Part shown: positions 29,566 to 39,737 of the stretch, piece by piece | Numbering within the stretch: the first letter of the stretch is position 1 | How the letters are laid out: each line of letters opens with the position of its first letter | Assembly: GCA_029855935.1 (NCBI GenBank) | Contig: JAGSHN010000005.1 | Location: forward strand, 32,001 to 96,000 | Reading direction: 5' to 3' | DNA from: Candidatus Thorarchaeota archaeon | GTDB lineage: Archaea > Asgardarchaeota > Thorarchaeia > Thorarchaeales > Thorarchaeaceae | Length of the DNA stretch: 64,000 nt | Program-made: the position numbers and the translations under genes | The notes under the pieces: generated by a model | What the model was told of the DNA's origin: nothing | Databases searched by the model: none | The model's input: the letters and a program-made list of their open reading frames with translations, nothing else

Positions 29566-30966
29566 TCAGGGCGGCACATAGACACCCTTCTCTCTGGCCC
29601 ACGCTATTGTGGAGGGGTCACATCTCTTCAGTTCGCGTTCAGGAAACTCGCTGAGCAGTTTCCAGCCCAGGTCGAGCGTTTCCTCAAAGGATCGGTCCTC
29701 GTACTCATCTTGACTTATGAATTCCGCCTCGAACCGGTCAGCAAACTTGAGGTATTTCTGGTCTCGTTCTGTGAGAGCCTCAGATCCAACAACGGCTACC
29801 AAGTCTCGCAAGTCGCGCCCTTCAGAGTACGCGTAGTAGAGCTGGGCTTGAACCTCTCTGTGATCGAAGCGAGTCATCCCCTTACCAATGCCCTCCTTCA
29901 TCAACCGGCTGAGAGAGGGGCCAGGATCAATGGGCGGATAGACGCCACGTCTGTGGAGTGCCCTGCTCACCAGAAGCTGTCCTTCTGTGATGTATCCTGA
30001 CAGATCAGGAATTGGATGTGTCATATCGTCCTGTGGCATAGACAGAATTGGCATCTGGGTGATTGTGCCCTTGCGACCGTGGATACGTCCAGCACGCTCG
30101 TAGATTGTACTCAAGTCAGTGTAGAGATAACCGGGATAGCCGCGTCGCCCTGGCACCTCTGACCTAGCGGCGCTAATCTCGCGAAGAGCCTCGGCATAGT
30201 TTGTCATATCAGTCAAGATGACGAGAACGTGCATGTCTGACTCGTAGGCCAAATACTCAGCTGCAGTGAGTGCTGCGCGAGGCGTGATGATACGCTCGAT
30301 TGCAGGGTCGTTTGCGAGGTTAAGGAACAGTGCTGTGTGCTCAAGAGCGCCAGTTTCCTGAAATGAGGATATGAAGTACTGGGCCTCGGTGGCAGTGATT
30401 CCCATCGCCGCAAAGACTATTGCGAACTCGCTCTCCTCGCCGGGAATCTTGGCCTGTCTCACAATCTGGGCTGCGATGCGGTTATGGGGCAGTCCAGAGC
30501 CAGAGAATATGGGCAGCTTCTGTCCCCGGACCAGCGTGTTGAGGCCGTCAATGACAGAGAGGCCAGTCTGAATAGGCTGACGGGGATACTGTCGGGCGTA
30601 GGGGTTGATTGGGGACCCGTAGATGTCCCAGTGATCCTCTGCTGTGAGCGGTGGCCCTCTGTCAAGGGGGTTGCCCGAGCCATCGAGGACACGACCTAGT
30701 ATCTCAGATGATACGGGGAGCTTCAGAGTTTCGCCGATGAAGCGGACTGCGGTGAGCTCGGTGTCAAGTCCGCGAGTCCCCTCAAAGACCTGGATGACCG
30801 CCCGCCCTCTTCCTGTTTCGAGCACAGTCCCGGTGAGGGTCTCTCCCGACGGCGCACGTATCTTTACGACCTCGTTGTATGCCACATCGTGAATGTTCTC
30901 CACAACAAGAAGAGGCCCGCTGACATCGGACACCGTGCGATAAGTGATTGTGGTTTCCTTCCTCAT
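29566..30966 (-). CDS. atpB: A/V-type ATP synthase subunit B
   Basis: [45 protein letters not shown]. Confidence 0.97.
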   Translation of the reverse strand: MRKETTITYRTVSDVSGPLLVVENIHDVAYNEVVKIRAPSGETLTGTVLETGRGRAVIQVFEGTRGLDTELTAVRFIGETLKLPVSSEILGRVLDGSGNPLDRGPPLTAEDHWDIYGSPINPYARQYPRQPIQTGLSVIDGLNTLVRGQKLPIFSGSGLPHNRIAAQIVRQAKIPGEESEFAIVFAAMGITATEAQYFISSFQETGALEHTALFLNLANDPAIERIITPRAALTAAEYLAYESDMHVLVILTDMTNYAEALREISAARSEVPGRRGYPGYLYTDLSTIYERAGRIHGRKGTITQMPILSMPQDDMTHPIPDLSGYITEGQLLVSRALHRRGVYPPIDPGPSLSRLMKEGIGKGMTRFDHREVQAQLYYAYSEGRDLRDLVAVVGSEALTERDQKYLKFADRFEAEFISQDEYEDRSFEETLDLGWKLLSEFPERELKRCDPSTIAWAREKGVYVPP

Positions 30967-31041
30967 ACTAGGCAGCCGTCCCGTGAGTGCAAGCGGTAGT
31001 GACCTGTTTTAAGAATTGCTCTGTGAAGGAAACCATTTGGG

Positions 31042-31560
31042 TCACCACAGCCATATGACTGCAGAGAGGGACACGAATATTGTCAGCACGATTAGCGAAC
31101 GCACAATCAGTCTTTTTCCAGTTCGTTCCATCTCAGGGGACAGATGGGTAAAGTATGTAATTGCTCCCACAAGCACGCATATTGCACAGATTGCAGAGCC
31201 GAATGCATAGACCAGGGGAAGAGTTTCGACATCGGACAGCTTTAGCAGCTGCGCGGGAATGAAGTCCACGTTTGCGAGCAGCAGTGCAATGTTCTCAACA
31301 TCCACGATGGTGCCAAGTATGTTCCCCAGTACATAGAAGACAATTCCGATGATGATTGACCCCTTCGCGGCAGAATCGCTCAGTGTCGAGGCATAGACGA
31401 CCAGCCCTATGACTAGAAAGACATAGTAGAAGCGAACGCAGAGTACGTAGGCCACAACGAGAATGTTGTAGACAGTGTCTACACCGTTGAACGAGGGAAG
31501 AGGCGTGTTCTGCAGCAATGCTCTGAAGATTGGCAGGGCTGGAGAAACCATTGATCTCAC
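31042..31560 (-). CDS. Hypothetical membrane protein with about 4 TM helices and two similar hairpins
   Basis: Hydrophobic ORF co-oriented between udg and atpB. Confidence 0.6.
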   Translation of the reverse strand: MRSMVSPALPIFRALLQNTPLPSFNGVDTVYNILVVAYVLCVRFYYVFLVIGLVVYASTLSDSAAKGSIIIGIVFYVLGNILGTIVDVENIALLLANVDFIPAQLLKLSDVETLPLVYAFGSAICAICVLVGAITYFTHLSPEMERTGKRLIVRSLIVLTIFVSLSAVIWLW

Positions 31561-31565
31561 AATGA

Positions 31566-32153
31566 CTAGTGCGAAGTGGCGGATATAACCCCCACTCGAA
31601 TCAGCTCCCGTTGTAACACACGAAGGTCGTGGCGTAACAGGTCAAGTATCGTGCGACTTCGGAGCGCGGCTGCAGGATGATACGTCATGAACATCTTCAG
31701 AGAGTCAGCCTCGTAGAATCGTCCGTGCGCCTCAGAAACCCTCCACGGACCAACAACCGAGGAGATAGCCACCCCGCCGAGAAGGACGACGACCTCTGGC
31801 CGAATGATGTCGATCTGATGTAGGAGATATGGCAGGCATCGTTCGATCTCGCTAGCCGCTGGAGCCCGATTGCGCGGAGGACGGCATTTCAATACCGACG
31901 TTATGAAGACATCACTGCGGTCAATGCCTATCTCACCCAGTAGCTCTGTCAGGAGCCTACCAGAACGCCCTACGAAGGGTCGGCCAGTTTCATCTTCCCT
32001 TGCGCCCGGGGCCTCTCCCACCATCATGATCCTCGCCTCGGCCGGTCCCTCGCCAGGTACCGCGTGCTTCCGTGACGCACTCAGAGGGCATAGGCTGCAC
32101 TCACGCATGTGTTGATGAAGTTGCTCAAGGGCATCAGTACGACGGGTCATCAT
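31566..32153 (-). CDS. udg: Uracil-DNA glycosylase family 4
   Basis: CSLCPL, VGEAPG, GRPFVGRSG, KCRPP.NR.P, YHPAA. Confidence 0.95.
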   Translation of the reverse strand: MMTRRTDALEQLHQHMRECSLCPLSASRKHAVPGEGPAEARIMMVGEAPGAREDETGRPFVGRSGRLLTELLGEIGIDRSDVFITSVLKCRPPRNRAPAASEIERCLPYLLHQIDIIRPEVVVLLGGVAISSVVGPWRVSEAHGRFYEADSLKMFMTYHPAAALRSRTILDLLRHDLRVLQRELIRVGVISATSH

Positions 32154-32200
32154 CAGACATTATTGAACGGCCAGTAATAAGGACAGAGTGATTGTGTCCA

Positions 32201-34006
32201 TCACTGTACGTCCAGAGGAGTCGCGCTCGACATCGATAACTCTTGGAAGAGTGACTCGAACTCCTGTTCCATCTTCTTCTCAATGGAGTCCATTATACCG
32301 TCAAAGCTGTCCCACGGCGCAATCTTCATACGTGCTATGTTGTCAAGGACACTGAACTCGAGTATTCGCCGAACTGTAGCACCTATCTCCACAGCCTTGG
32401 TCATCTTGCGTGCAAAGTTGATGATGATCCTGAGCATTCTGTAGGTCTTCCTTATTGGGCAGTACGTGTCAATCTCATGAAGCGCACTCTGAGTCAGAAA
32501 GTCTTCCTTTATCATCCGCGCGGCCTCCAGAGTCGCGCGCTCCGACTCTGGCAACGCATCGGGGCCAACAAGCTGGACTATCTCTCTCAGCTCTTGGTCC
32601 TTCTGCAGAATCGCCATAGCCTCACGCACGAGATCGGGCCAGTCAGGACCCAAGTGCTCCTTGTGCCACTTCTCAAGATTGGCCATGTACAATGAGTAGC
32701 TCGTCAGGGTGTTGATGGCTGGAAAGAATCTCCGGGCGGCGAGGTCCTTGTCCAATGCCCAGAAGACCTTGACGACTCGAAGAGTGGCCTGTGTGACCGG
32801 TTCTGAGAAGTCGCCCCCAGGGGGAGAAACAGCACCACAGATTGTGACTGAGCCAAGACGGTCGTCTGACCCGAGAACTCTCATATGCCCCGCACGCTCA
32901 TAGAACTGAGCAAGACGTGACCCGAGATACGCAGGATAGCCCTCCTCAGAGGGCAGCTGTCCAAGCCTGCCGGAGATCTCACGGAGCGCCTCAGCCCATC
33001 GGGAGGTAGAGTCTGCCATAAGGGCGACATCATAGCCCTGGTCACGGAAATACTCGGCAATGGTGGCTCCTACATATATTGAGGCTTCCCGCGCGGCGAC
33101 AGGCATATTGGACGTATTGGCTATGAGGACCGTTCGCTCCATCAGAGGACGCCCACTCTGCGGGTCCTTCAGCTGGGGCCATTCCTCAAGCGCCTCAGTC
33201 ATCTCATTCCCGCGTTCGCCACACCCAACATATACAACGACTTGAGCATCAGCCCACTTTGCGAACTGATGAAGAGTGACTGTCTTGCCAGTCCCAAATC
33301 CCCCGGGGATTGCGCCCGTACCACCCTTTGCTTGCGGCATAAACGTGTCAATGACGCGCTGACCTGTAATGAGGGGGGTGTCCATAGGGACTCGTTCCTT
33401 GAACGGTCGCCCGACACGGACAGGGGTGCGCTGCATCATAATGACATCATGCACATCACCCACTGCATCCTTGACTCTGCAGATTGTATCGACCACCGTA
33501 TAGTCACCCTCATCGACGATCTCAACAATCTCGCCCTCCACACCGAGAGGTATCATTATTCTCGACGTGATTATTCCAGTCTCAGGGACCTCTCCGATGA
33601 TGTCGCCGGGAACAACTTTGTCCCCCACCTTGACAGTGGGATGGAAATGCCATTTCTTCTTCTTGTCGAGACCCTCGACAGTCAGCCCACGTGAGATGAA
33701 GTCCCCAGACATCTTCTTGAGCTCTGGGAGAGGACGCTGAATGCCGTCATATATGGAACCAAGAAGGCCGGGGCCCAGTTCCACTGAGAGAAGGCCACCT
33801 GTGGCAATGACGGGTTCGCCGGGGGCGACTCCGGAGGTCTCCTCATAGACCTGAGTGGTGAACTCCTCCTCACCCACCTCGATCACTTCGCCGATCAGCT
33901 TCTCGTGCCCCACATGGACAACCTCATACATCTTGATACCGTAAATCCCACTGCATCGCACTACAGGCCCAGAGATACTCTCAATGCGTCCCACTCTCTC
34001 GTTCAT
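32201..34006 (-). CDS. atpA: A/V-type ATP synthase subunit A
   Basis: PGGFGTGKTV, GCGERGNEM, PVAAREAS, VSPPGGDFSEPV. No intein. Confidence 0.97.
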   Translation of the reverse strand: MNERVGRIESISGPVVRCSGIYGIKMYEVVHVGHEKLIGEVIEVGEEEFTTQVYEETSGVAPGEPVIATGGLLSVELGPGLLGSIYDGIQRPLPELKKMSGDFISRGLTVEGLDKKKKWHFHPTVKVGDKVVPGDIIGEVPETGIITSRIMIPLGVEGEIVEIVDEGDYTVVDTICRVKDAVGDVHDVIMMQRTPVRVGRPFKERVPMDTPLITGQRVIDTFMPQAKGGTGAIPGGFGTGKTVTLHQFAKWADAQVVVYVGCGERGNEMTEALEEWPQLKDPQSGRPLMERTVLIANTSNMPVAAREASIYVGATIAEYFRDQGYDVALMADSTSRWAEALREISGRLGQLPSEEGYPAYLGSRLAQFYERAGHMRVLGSDDRLGSVTICGAVSPPGGDFSEPVTQATLRVVKVFWALDKDLAARRFFPAINTLTSYSLYMANLEKWHKEHLGPDWPDLVREAMAILQKDQELREIVQLVGPDALPESERATLEAARMIKEDFLTQSALHEIDTYCPIRKTYRMLRIIINFARKMTKAVEIGATVRRILEFSVLDNIARMKIAPWDSFDGIMDSIEKKMEQEFESLFQELSMSSATPLDVQ

Positions 34007-34031
34007 CGATTCTATCACCACGGCGGGGGAG

Positions 34032-34355
34032 TCATATGTCGATCTCGATACCAACTGCGCGGCGCACCAACTCCTTGAGGACCTTCTCGTATGCGCCAGT
34101 GGAGCCACTGCGATCGGGAATGAGCACTATGACCGGCACCGGTGACACAGACAGTTCGAGTATGGTCTTCTCGACCGTCTTTGCAAGAGGCTCGGTGATT
34201 ATTATCAGCCCCATATCGGGGTCACGAAAGTAGTCCACTAGGGCCTCTCGTGTCTCGTCCGGGTTGGACGGTATCGTTGACTCCTTGACACCAGCCATTC
34301 TGAATCCGATGACTGTATCACGGTCACCGATAACTGCGATCTTGTCATTTATCAT
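34032..34355 (-). CDS. atpF: A/V-type ATP synthase subunit F
   Basis: KIAVIGDRDTVIGFRMAGV...LVRRAVGIEI. Confidence 0.93.
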   Translation of the reverse strand: MINDKIAVIGDRDTVIGFRMAGVKESTIPSNPDETREALVDYFRDPDMGLIIITEPLAKTVEKTILELSVSPVPVIVLIPDRSGSTGAYEKVLKELVRRAVGIEIDI

Positions 34356-34435
34356 AGGTGGACCCGCACCACAGTTGCGTCTTGCAGGTTCCATAGGCGT
34401 CATGATAAAAACAATTTGGATTGGCGAAGTTCAGC

Positions 34436-34930
34436 TCACCGTTCCGTGAACTGACGGATGATCTCTTCCTCGTCCACTATTGTCCAGCAGTACAGGCACT
34501 TCAGGCGGGTTGGCTTTCGAGAGATCACCTGATACTTGGCAATGATGGGTTCTCGAGGCTCGTTTGTTATGCAACGGGTATTGGGACAGACCACAATGTC
34601 CGTAATCAGGTCAGGGAGCCGGACTCTGTTCTTCTCGACCACCTTTGCATCGCGGATTATGTTGATCGTCGCCTCAGGCGCAACTAGGGCGATCTTTGCC
34701 ACCTCGGGCGTTTCGAGAAACCGGTCCTCAAGCTTCACGATGTCCTTCTGACCTATTCGCGAGCTGGATATGTTCATAGCGATTGTAACTATGCTGCCCT
34801 CCTTTCCGGTGATGCCGAGAATCTGGAGGACTTCGAGGGCATGCCCGGCGCGAATATGATCGATGACAGTACCGTTGTTTATCTTCACAATACGGATATT
34901 GCCTATCTTCTCGCTGCTCAAGGGCCTCAC
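34436..34930 (-). CDS. pyrI: Aspartate carbamoyltransferase regulatory chain
   Basis: INNGTVIDHI, KDIVKLE, ATINII, CPNTRCIT, CLYC. Confidence 0.95.
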   Translation of the reverse strand: MRPLSSEKIGNIRIVKINNGTVIDHIRAGHALEVLQILGITGKEGSIVTIAMNISSSRIGQKDIVKLEDRFLETPEVAKIALVAPEATINIIRDAKVVEKNRVRLPDLITDIVVCPNTRCITNEPREPIIAKYQVISRKPTRLKCLYCWTIVDEEEIIRQFTER

Positions 34931-35093
34931 ACCGTGTTGGTCGCAGCAGACACTATATGTGACCGGCTGAGCAAACTCAGAGCTGCATTGGATTTATGGC
35001 TTGTGCAGCAACACAGCCGAGCATCACCATAACAGAACCGAAGGTTGATATGTGGAGTCTAGAGAGGTCGAGGAGAAGACTGGTGATTGACCG

Positions 35094-36437
35094 ATGGTAC
35101 TAGAGAGTCTTGGCAGGGCGCTCAACTCGGCACTGAAGAAACTCTTTGGAGCCAGCGTTATCGATGAGGAGCTCGTAAAGGAGCTGGTGAGGGATATTCA
35201 GAGGGCCCTCCTGCAGGCCGATGTCGATGTCAACCTGGTGATGGAGATAACAAAGCGAGTCCAGGAGCAGGCCCTCGCGGAAACCCTGCCAAGAGGCATC
35301 TCGAGAAGAGAGCATATCGTGCGAGTCGTCTGGGACGCCCTTGCTCACTTTCTGGGAGAGAAGGCCGTGCCGCTGACCATACATCCAGGCCGGCCCAATG
35401 TGATAATGCTCGTCGGTATTCAGGGATCAGGGAAGACCACGACAGTGGGGAAGCTTGCACGGTACTATCAGAAGAGGGGCATCAAGACTGGAGTAGTCTG
35501 CGCGGACAACTTCCGTCCGGGAGCATACGACCAGCTCAGACAGCTGGCCGAACGATCACACGTTCCCTTCTACGGTGATGAGAGAGAGAAGAATGCCGTG
35601 AAACTCGCCAAGCGCGGCGTTGAGGAGATGAAGAAGAAGGGAATCGAGCTAATCCTCGTTGACACCTCTGGTAGGCATCGTGAGGAAACCGGTCTAATCA
35701 AAGAGATGCGGGACATAGCCAAGGCAATCAAGCCACAGGAGATAATCCTCGTAATTGATGGGACTCTGGGGCAACAGGCTGGCGCACAGGCTGCCGCATT
35801 CAAGAGGGCCACTGACATCGGATCAATAATAGTGACGAAACTGGACGGTGGCGCCAAGGGCGGCGGTGCACTCTCTGCCGTCGCGGCGACCGGTGCGCCC
35901 ATCAAGTTCATCGGCGTCGGAGAGGGGATGGATGCGATAGAGCCCTTCAACCCGACCAAGTTTGCAGGCCGTCTGCTCGGGATGTCGGACATCCGGGGAC
36001 TCATTGAGAAGGTCCGAGAGGCGCAAGTTGAATTTGACGAGGACGCGGCCAAGCGTCTGATGAAGGGGCAGTTCACACTGACGGATATGATGGCCCAGCT
36101 GAGGCAACTCAAGAAGATGGGGCCCATCGGAAAGGTGATGGAGATGCTGGGTCTGAAATACAAGCTGCCTGAGGATGTGGCTCAGTTGCAGGAGCAGACC
36201 CTACGGAAGTTCGAAGTCATAATGAACTCGATGACCAGAGAGGAACTCGACAACCCCAAGATCATCAAGTCGTCACGGATTCAGAGGATAGCCCGAGGGT
36301 CGGGGACCTCACCTCAGGACGTGAGAGAGCTGCTCAAGCAATATGAGCAGATGAAGAAGTTGATGAAGAGCCTCGGAAAGCAGCGTCGCGGCAGGAGAGG
36401 CGGGTTCCCAGCGATTCCGGGCCTACCGGGGATGTAG
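35094..36437 (+). CDS. srp54: Signal recognition particle protein SRP54
   Basis: GIQGSGKTT, DTSGRH, TKLDGGAKGGG, M domain RIARGSG. Confidence 0.97.
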   Translation: MVLESLGRALNSALKKLFGASVIDEELVKELVRDIQRALLQADVDVNLVMEITKRVQEQALAETLPRGISRREHIVRVVWDALAHFLGEKAVPLTIHPGRPNVIMLVGIQGSGKTTTVGKLARYYQKRGIKTGVVCADNFRPGAYDQLRQLAERSHVPFYGDEREKNAVKLAKRGVEEMKKKGIELILVDTSGRHREETGLIKEMRDIAKAIKPQEIILVIDGTLGQQAGAQAAAFKRATDIGSIIVTKLDGGAKGGGALSAVAATGAPIKFIGVGEGMDAIEPFNPTKFAGRLLGMSDIRGLIEKVREAQVEFDEDAAKRLMKGQFTLTDMMAQLRQLKKMGPIGKVMEMLGLKYKLPEDVAQLQEQTLRKFEVIMNSMTREELDNPKIIKSSRIQRIARGSGTSPQDVRELLKQYEQMKKLMKSLGKQRRGRRGGFPAIPGLPGM

Positions 36438-36445
36438 CATTCAAC

Positions 36446-37036
36446 ATGTCAGTCCGGCGGTTCGTCCTGTGCCTAGAGAGTCTCCGACTAGAATGGGACG
36501 CCATCAGACGCGGAGACAATCCTCGGGATGTTGTGGTGGCCTGCCGGTGTGTGAACGCAGGGCTCTTTGTGTCAAAGGATATCCGTAGGGATGTGGAGGT
36601 GGTCGTACTGTATGGCCTTGCCGATGACCTGACGGGCATAGTCTTTCCAGGGGATGGGCTGAGAAGGGTGTCACCGGACGAGAGGTCGATATCTTTCTTC
36701 CTCAAGAAGGCCAGTGAGCGTGCGGTTGACGTTGACCACGGGAGAACGAGGCGGCTTGACAACGGAATCATTGTGATCCACAGCGACATCGATACACTAG
36801 CACAAGAGTGGAGTCGTTCTGGCCTCTATGTTGTAGTCCCTAGAAGCGATTCCTCAGGCATGGGTATTACGAGATTCCATGGGACGTTCGTCGTAGGGGT
36901 CAGTGGGACCATCTTCGAGGCATTAGTCAACCACCAAGAGGCCCAGCGAATCGTTGGTAACCATAGTCCAGAGAGATGGATTGTGGAGATTAATTGGCGG
37001 GCGGACCGCGTCCAAGGGATGACTTCGGAAATTTGA
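36446..37036 (+). CDS. trmY: tRNA (pseudouridine54-N1)-methyltransferase-like SPOUT protein
   Basis: DVVVACRCVNAGLFVSKDIRRDV, VSPDERSI. The C-terminal half is divergent. Confidence 0.7.
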   Translation: MSVRRFVLCLESLRLEWDAIRRGDNPRDVVVACRCVNAGLFVSKDIRRDVEVVVLYGLADDLTGIVFPGDGLRRVSPDERSISFFLKKASERAVDVDHGRTRRLDNGIIVIHSDIDTLAQEWSRSGLYVVVPRSDSSGMGITRFHGTFVVGVSGTIFEALVNHQEAQRIVGNHSPERWIVEINWRADRVQGMTSEI

Positions 37037-37088
37037 TAATGGAACGCTCTTAGAGTGTCGCGAGCAAGCCTTCTGGGCGTGAGTACCC

Positions 37089-38264
37089 GTGCCGACAAAT
37101 GTGTCACCCGAATTTGACCGCCAGCGTCAGATATACGAGGACACAGAGGATCTTGAGCAGAGGATAATAGAGCTTCAGAAGCTGCTCGCACTGGCGCCCA
37201 ATCACAAGGGCGCAGAACGTATGATTGCCGACTACCGGAAGAAGCTCGCGAAGCTGAAGGCCGAGCTTGAGAAGCGTCGTGAACAAGAGAGAGCAAGGAG
37301 GAGCGCGGCCGCTGCAGAGGGCGCGATAAGGAAGGAGGGAGCTGGTCAGGTCTGCCTCATTGGCGTGACCAATAGTGGTAAGTCGACACTCATCAATGCG
37401 GTCACGAATGCGGAACTCGAGGTTGCGGACTATCCTTTTGCGACCTCCGTGCCCATCCCCGCCATGATGGCCTACGAGGACATCAGCATTCAGCTGGTCG
37501 AGCTCCCAGGTCTATTCGAGGGCAGCTATGACTCCAGTATCGGAAGACAAGCACTCGCACTGGCGCGCAACACGGACCTCATTGCAATAGTTGTTGATCT
37601 ATCCCAGGACATAGAGTCACAGATGAAGATAATCCTTGGAGAGCTTGATAGGGCACGAATCAGACTGAATCGCGAGAGGAGCGCCGTGAGGGTGGAGCGT
37701 ACCGGGACGGGGGGAATCATGGTCTATGGTGTCCATAACTTTGAGGGGACGCGCGAGGAGGTTGTCGAGTTTCTCAAGAGCCGCAAAATCAACAACATAA
37801 TTGTGCGATTCCAGAAGCCAGCTACATTTGAGAACTTGATTGATGCGCTCGACTCGAGCGTGGTGTTCGTCCGTGCCATGATCATTGCAACGAAGGGAGA
37901 TATGCCCGGCTCGAGGGAGCGTTTTGAGGAGCTGAGGGCCAAGTATGGCAATAGGTTCGACATAGTTCCCGTCAGTGCTCTGAGAGGAGAGAATCTCGAC
38001 GTAATGAAGGACGCCCTCTTCGACCACCTAGACATCCTCAGGGTATATACCAAGGCACCAGGCAGGAAGAAGGAGGACAAACCTATAGTCCTGCCAGAGG
38101 GATCTGTCGTGGAGGACGCGGCAGCCAAGGTACACAAGGAACTCTTTGTCAAGCGATTCAGGATGGCAATACTGTATCGAGAGAATGATAGAATCAAGAG
38201 AAGGCAGGTCGGCCTGAGCTATCCCCTACGGGATGGCGATGTTCTTCAGTTGCTTCACAGGTGA
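37089..38264 (+). CDS. DRG/OBG-family GTPase with TGS domain
   Basis: PNHKGAE, GVTNSGKST, ADYPFAT, LRVYTK, L.DGDVLQL. Confidence 0.9.
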   Translation: MPTNVSPEFDRQRQIYEDTEDLEQRIIELQKLLALAPNHKGAERMIADYRKKLAKLKAELEKRREQERARRSAAAAEGAIRKEGAGQVCLIGVTNSGKSTLINAVTNAELEVADYPFATSVPIPAMMAYEDISIQLVELPGLFEGSYDSSIGRQALALARNTDLIAIVVDLSQDIESQMKIILGELDRARIRLNRERSAVRVERTGTGGIMVYGVHNFEGTREEVVEFLKSRKINNIIVRFQKPATFENLIDALDSSVVFVRAMIIATKGDMPGSRERFEELRAKYGNRFDIVPVSALRGENLDVMKDALFDHLDILRVYTKAPGRKKEDKPIVLPEGSVVEDAAAKVHKELFVKRFRMAILYRENDRIKRRQVGLSYPLRDGDVLQLLHR

Positions 38265-38303
38265 GCCCTCTGTGGTCCGTGTGTATAGAAGAGGCGCTGT
38301 AAT

Positions 38304-39041
38304 ATGAGCGTGCTGTCCAATGTGATTGTTGTCCTAGTCGAGCCCGAGTCGCCGGGGAATGTTGGATTCACGGCGAGGGCAATGGCCAACTTTGGAGTGG
38401 ACAAACTCAGAGTGGTTGGTAGCGACCCTAGAAACGAGGACGAGGCAATCATGTTCTCAGTCCACGCCAACAACATCCTTCAGTCGGCTCAAATCTATCC
38501 AACGTTGAACGAGGCGATCTCAGATGTTGACATTGCTTGGGCGGCCACAGCAAGAGCAGGAGGCGATCTCAGTGTCACAAGGGTGGTGGTGCCGCTGGAA
38601 GAGCTCCCCAGTCCACGCAGTCTGCCCGGACGCGTTGCCCTCGTATTCGGGAGAGAGAGCAGTGGACTGACGACCGAAGAGATTCTCTCCTGCGATATCA
38701 CATTTACAATACCAACATCATCCAGATATAGGAGTCTCAATCTCAGCCACGCTGTTGCGGTGACTCTGTATCAGCTCTACCTGAGGGCCACGTCTGAAGA
38801 GGAGGACATTGAGCAGGTGGCTCACAGACTGGCCTCAAGAGATTCACGCGAGCAAGTATGTGAGTTCTTTGATGAGATTGTCGACGCCATACCTCTGAAA
38901 GACTACCGTAAGCCCATAGCAAAGCAGGTGTTTCGAAACGTCGTGGGCAGATCCTTTCTGACTGGTCGCGAGGTCACAACACTGACTGGCGTCATCAGGA
39001 AGATGAGAAACTACATCCTGAAGTGCAGTCAACGGGATTAG
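38304..39041 (+). CDS. trmJ: tRNA 2'-O-methyltransferase, TrmJ family (SPOUT)
   Basis: PESPGNVGFTARAMANFG, VFGRESSGL, YRSLNLSHAV. Confidence 0.9.
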   Translation: MSVLSNVIVVLVEPESPGNVGFTARAMANFGVDKLRVVGSDPRNEDEAIMFSVHANNILQSAQIYPTLNEAISDVDIAWAATARAGGDLSVTRVVVPLEELPSPRSLPGRVALVFGRESSGLTTEEILSCDITFTIPTSSRYRSLNLSHAVAVTLYQLYLRATSEEEDIEQVAHRLASRDSREQVCEFFDEIVDAIPLKDYRKPIAKQVFRNVVGRSFLTGREVTTLTGVIRKMRNYILKCSQRD

Positions 39042-39589
39042 TCAGGGCCGTAGCCGAGCTTGCGTTTCAGCTCTGGGTCTATCTTTTCAAAGACGATCTT
39101 GCACGGCGTCGGAAACTTTGGAGCGGCCTTCTTCAGTGCCTCTCGCGCCACCGCGATGTGTTCGCGATTCACACGGATTGTTATCAGCGGCTGACCGGGC
39201 CGGACACGCGCTGCAGAACCGATGACCTTGCCAAAGGCCTTCCGCATTCCGTCCTGCACGCGGTCTGCTCCCGCGCCGGAGATCATCTTGTTCTCCCGCA
39301 GATAGTGGTATGGTTTCACGCGGATACGAAGATGGTAGTTCTTCCTCGTGGCACGGCGAGTCATATGACGGTTTGATGCGACACGTGCCGCCTCAAGAGC
39401 CTGATGACGAATCTGACATCTCTCAAGGGCAATCAGAGACAGTGTGACCTCGAAGTCGCCAGAGGTGTTGCCCATATCAAAGCTCACAATTCGACTGGCG
39501 GGTCTTCTGTGGATGTACTCTTTTCGTACGAATGGAGGTCTGTCACAGAGCCTGTAACAATGACCAGGTCGTTTTCCCATATCTGCCAC
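39038..39589 (-). CDS. rpl10e: 50S ribosomal protein uL16 (L10e)
   Basis: QIRHQALEAARVASNR, LRENKMISGAGADRVQDGMRKAFGK. Confidence 0.97.
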   Translation of the reverse strand: MADMGKRPGHCYRLCDRPPFVRKEYIHRRPASRIVSFDMGNTSGDFEVTLSLIALERCQIRHQALEAARVASNRHMTRRATRKNYHLRIRVKPYHYLRENKMISGAGADRVQDGMRKAFGKVIGSAARVRPGQPLITIRVNREHIAVAREALKKAAPKFPTPCKIVFEKIDPELKRKLGYGPD

Positions 39590-39737
39590 CTAGTTTAGAT
39601 GATGGTATCAGGCCTTGAGCGGCTGAAGTCAGAGTCACGCTCTGAGGACCGAATAAAAGGATTATGGCGTGGACCGAGAACCTGCGACGATTCTCTATGC
39701 GTCCGGCCGGACCCAGCGGTGCTCAGAAACCAGTAGT

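Noticed and set aside
34931-35093. SRP RNA upstream of srp54
   Set aside because: The gap is too short for a ~300-nt archaeal 7S RNA and no helix-8 motif was seen; only short incidental hairpins.
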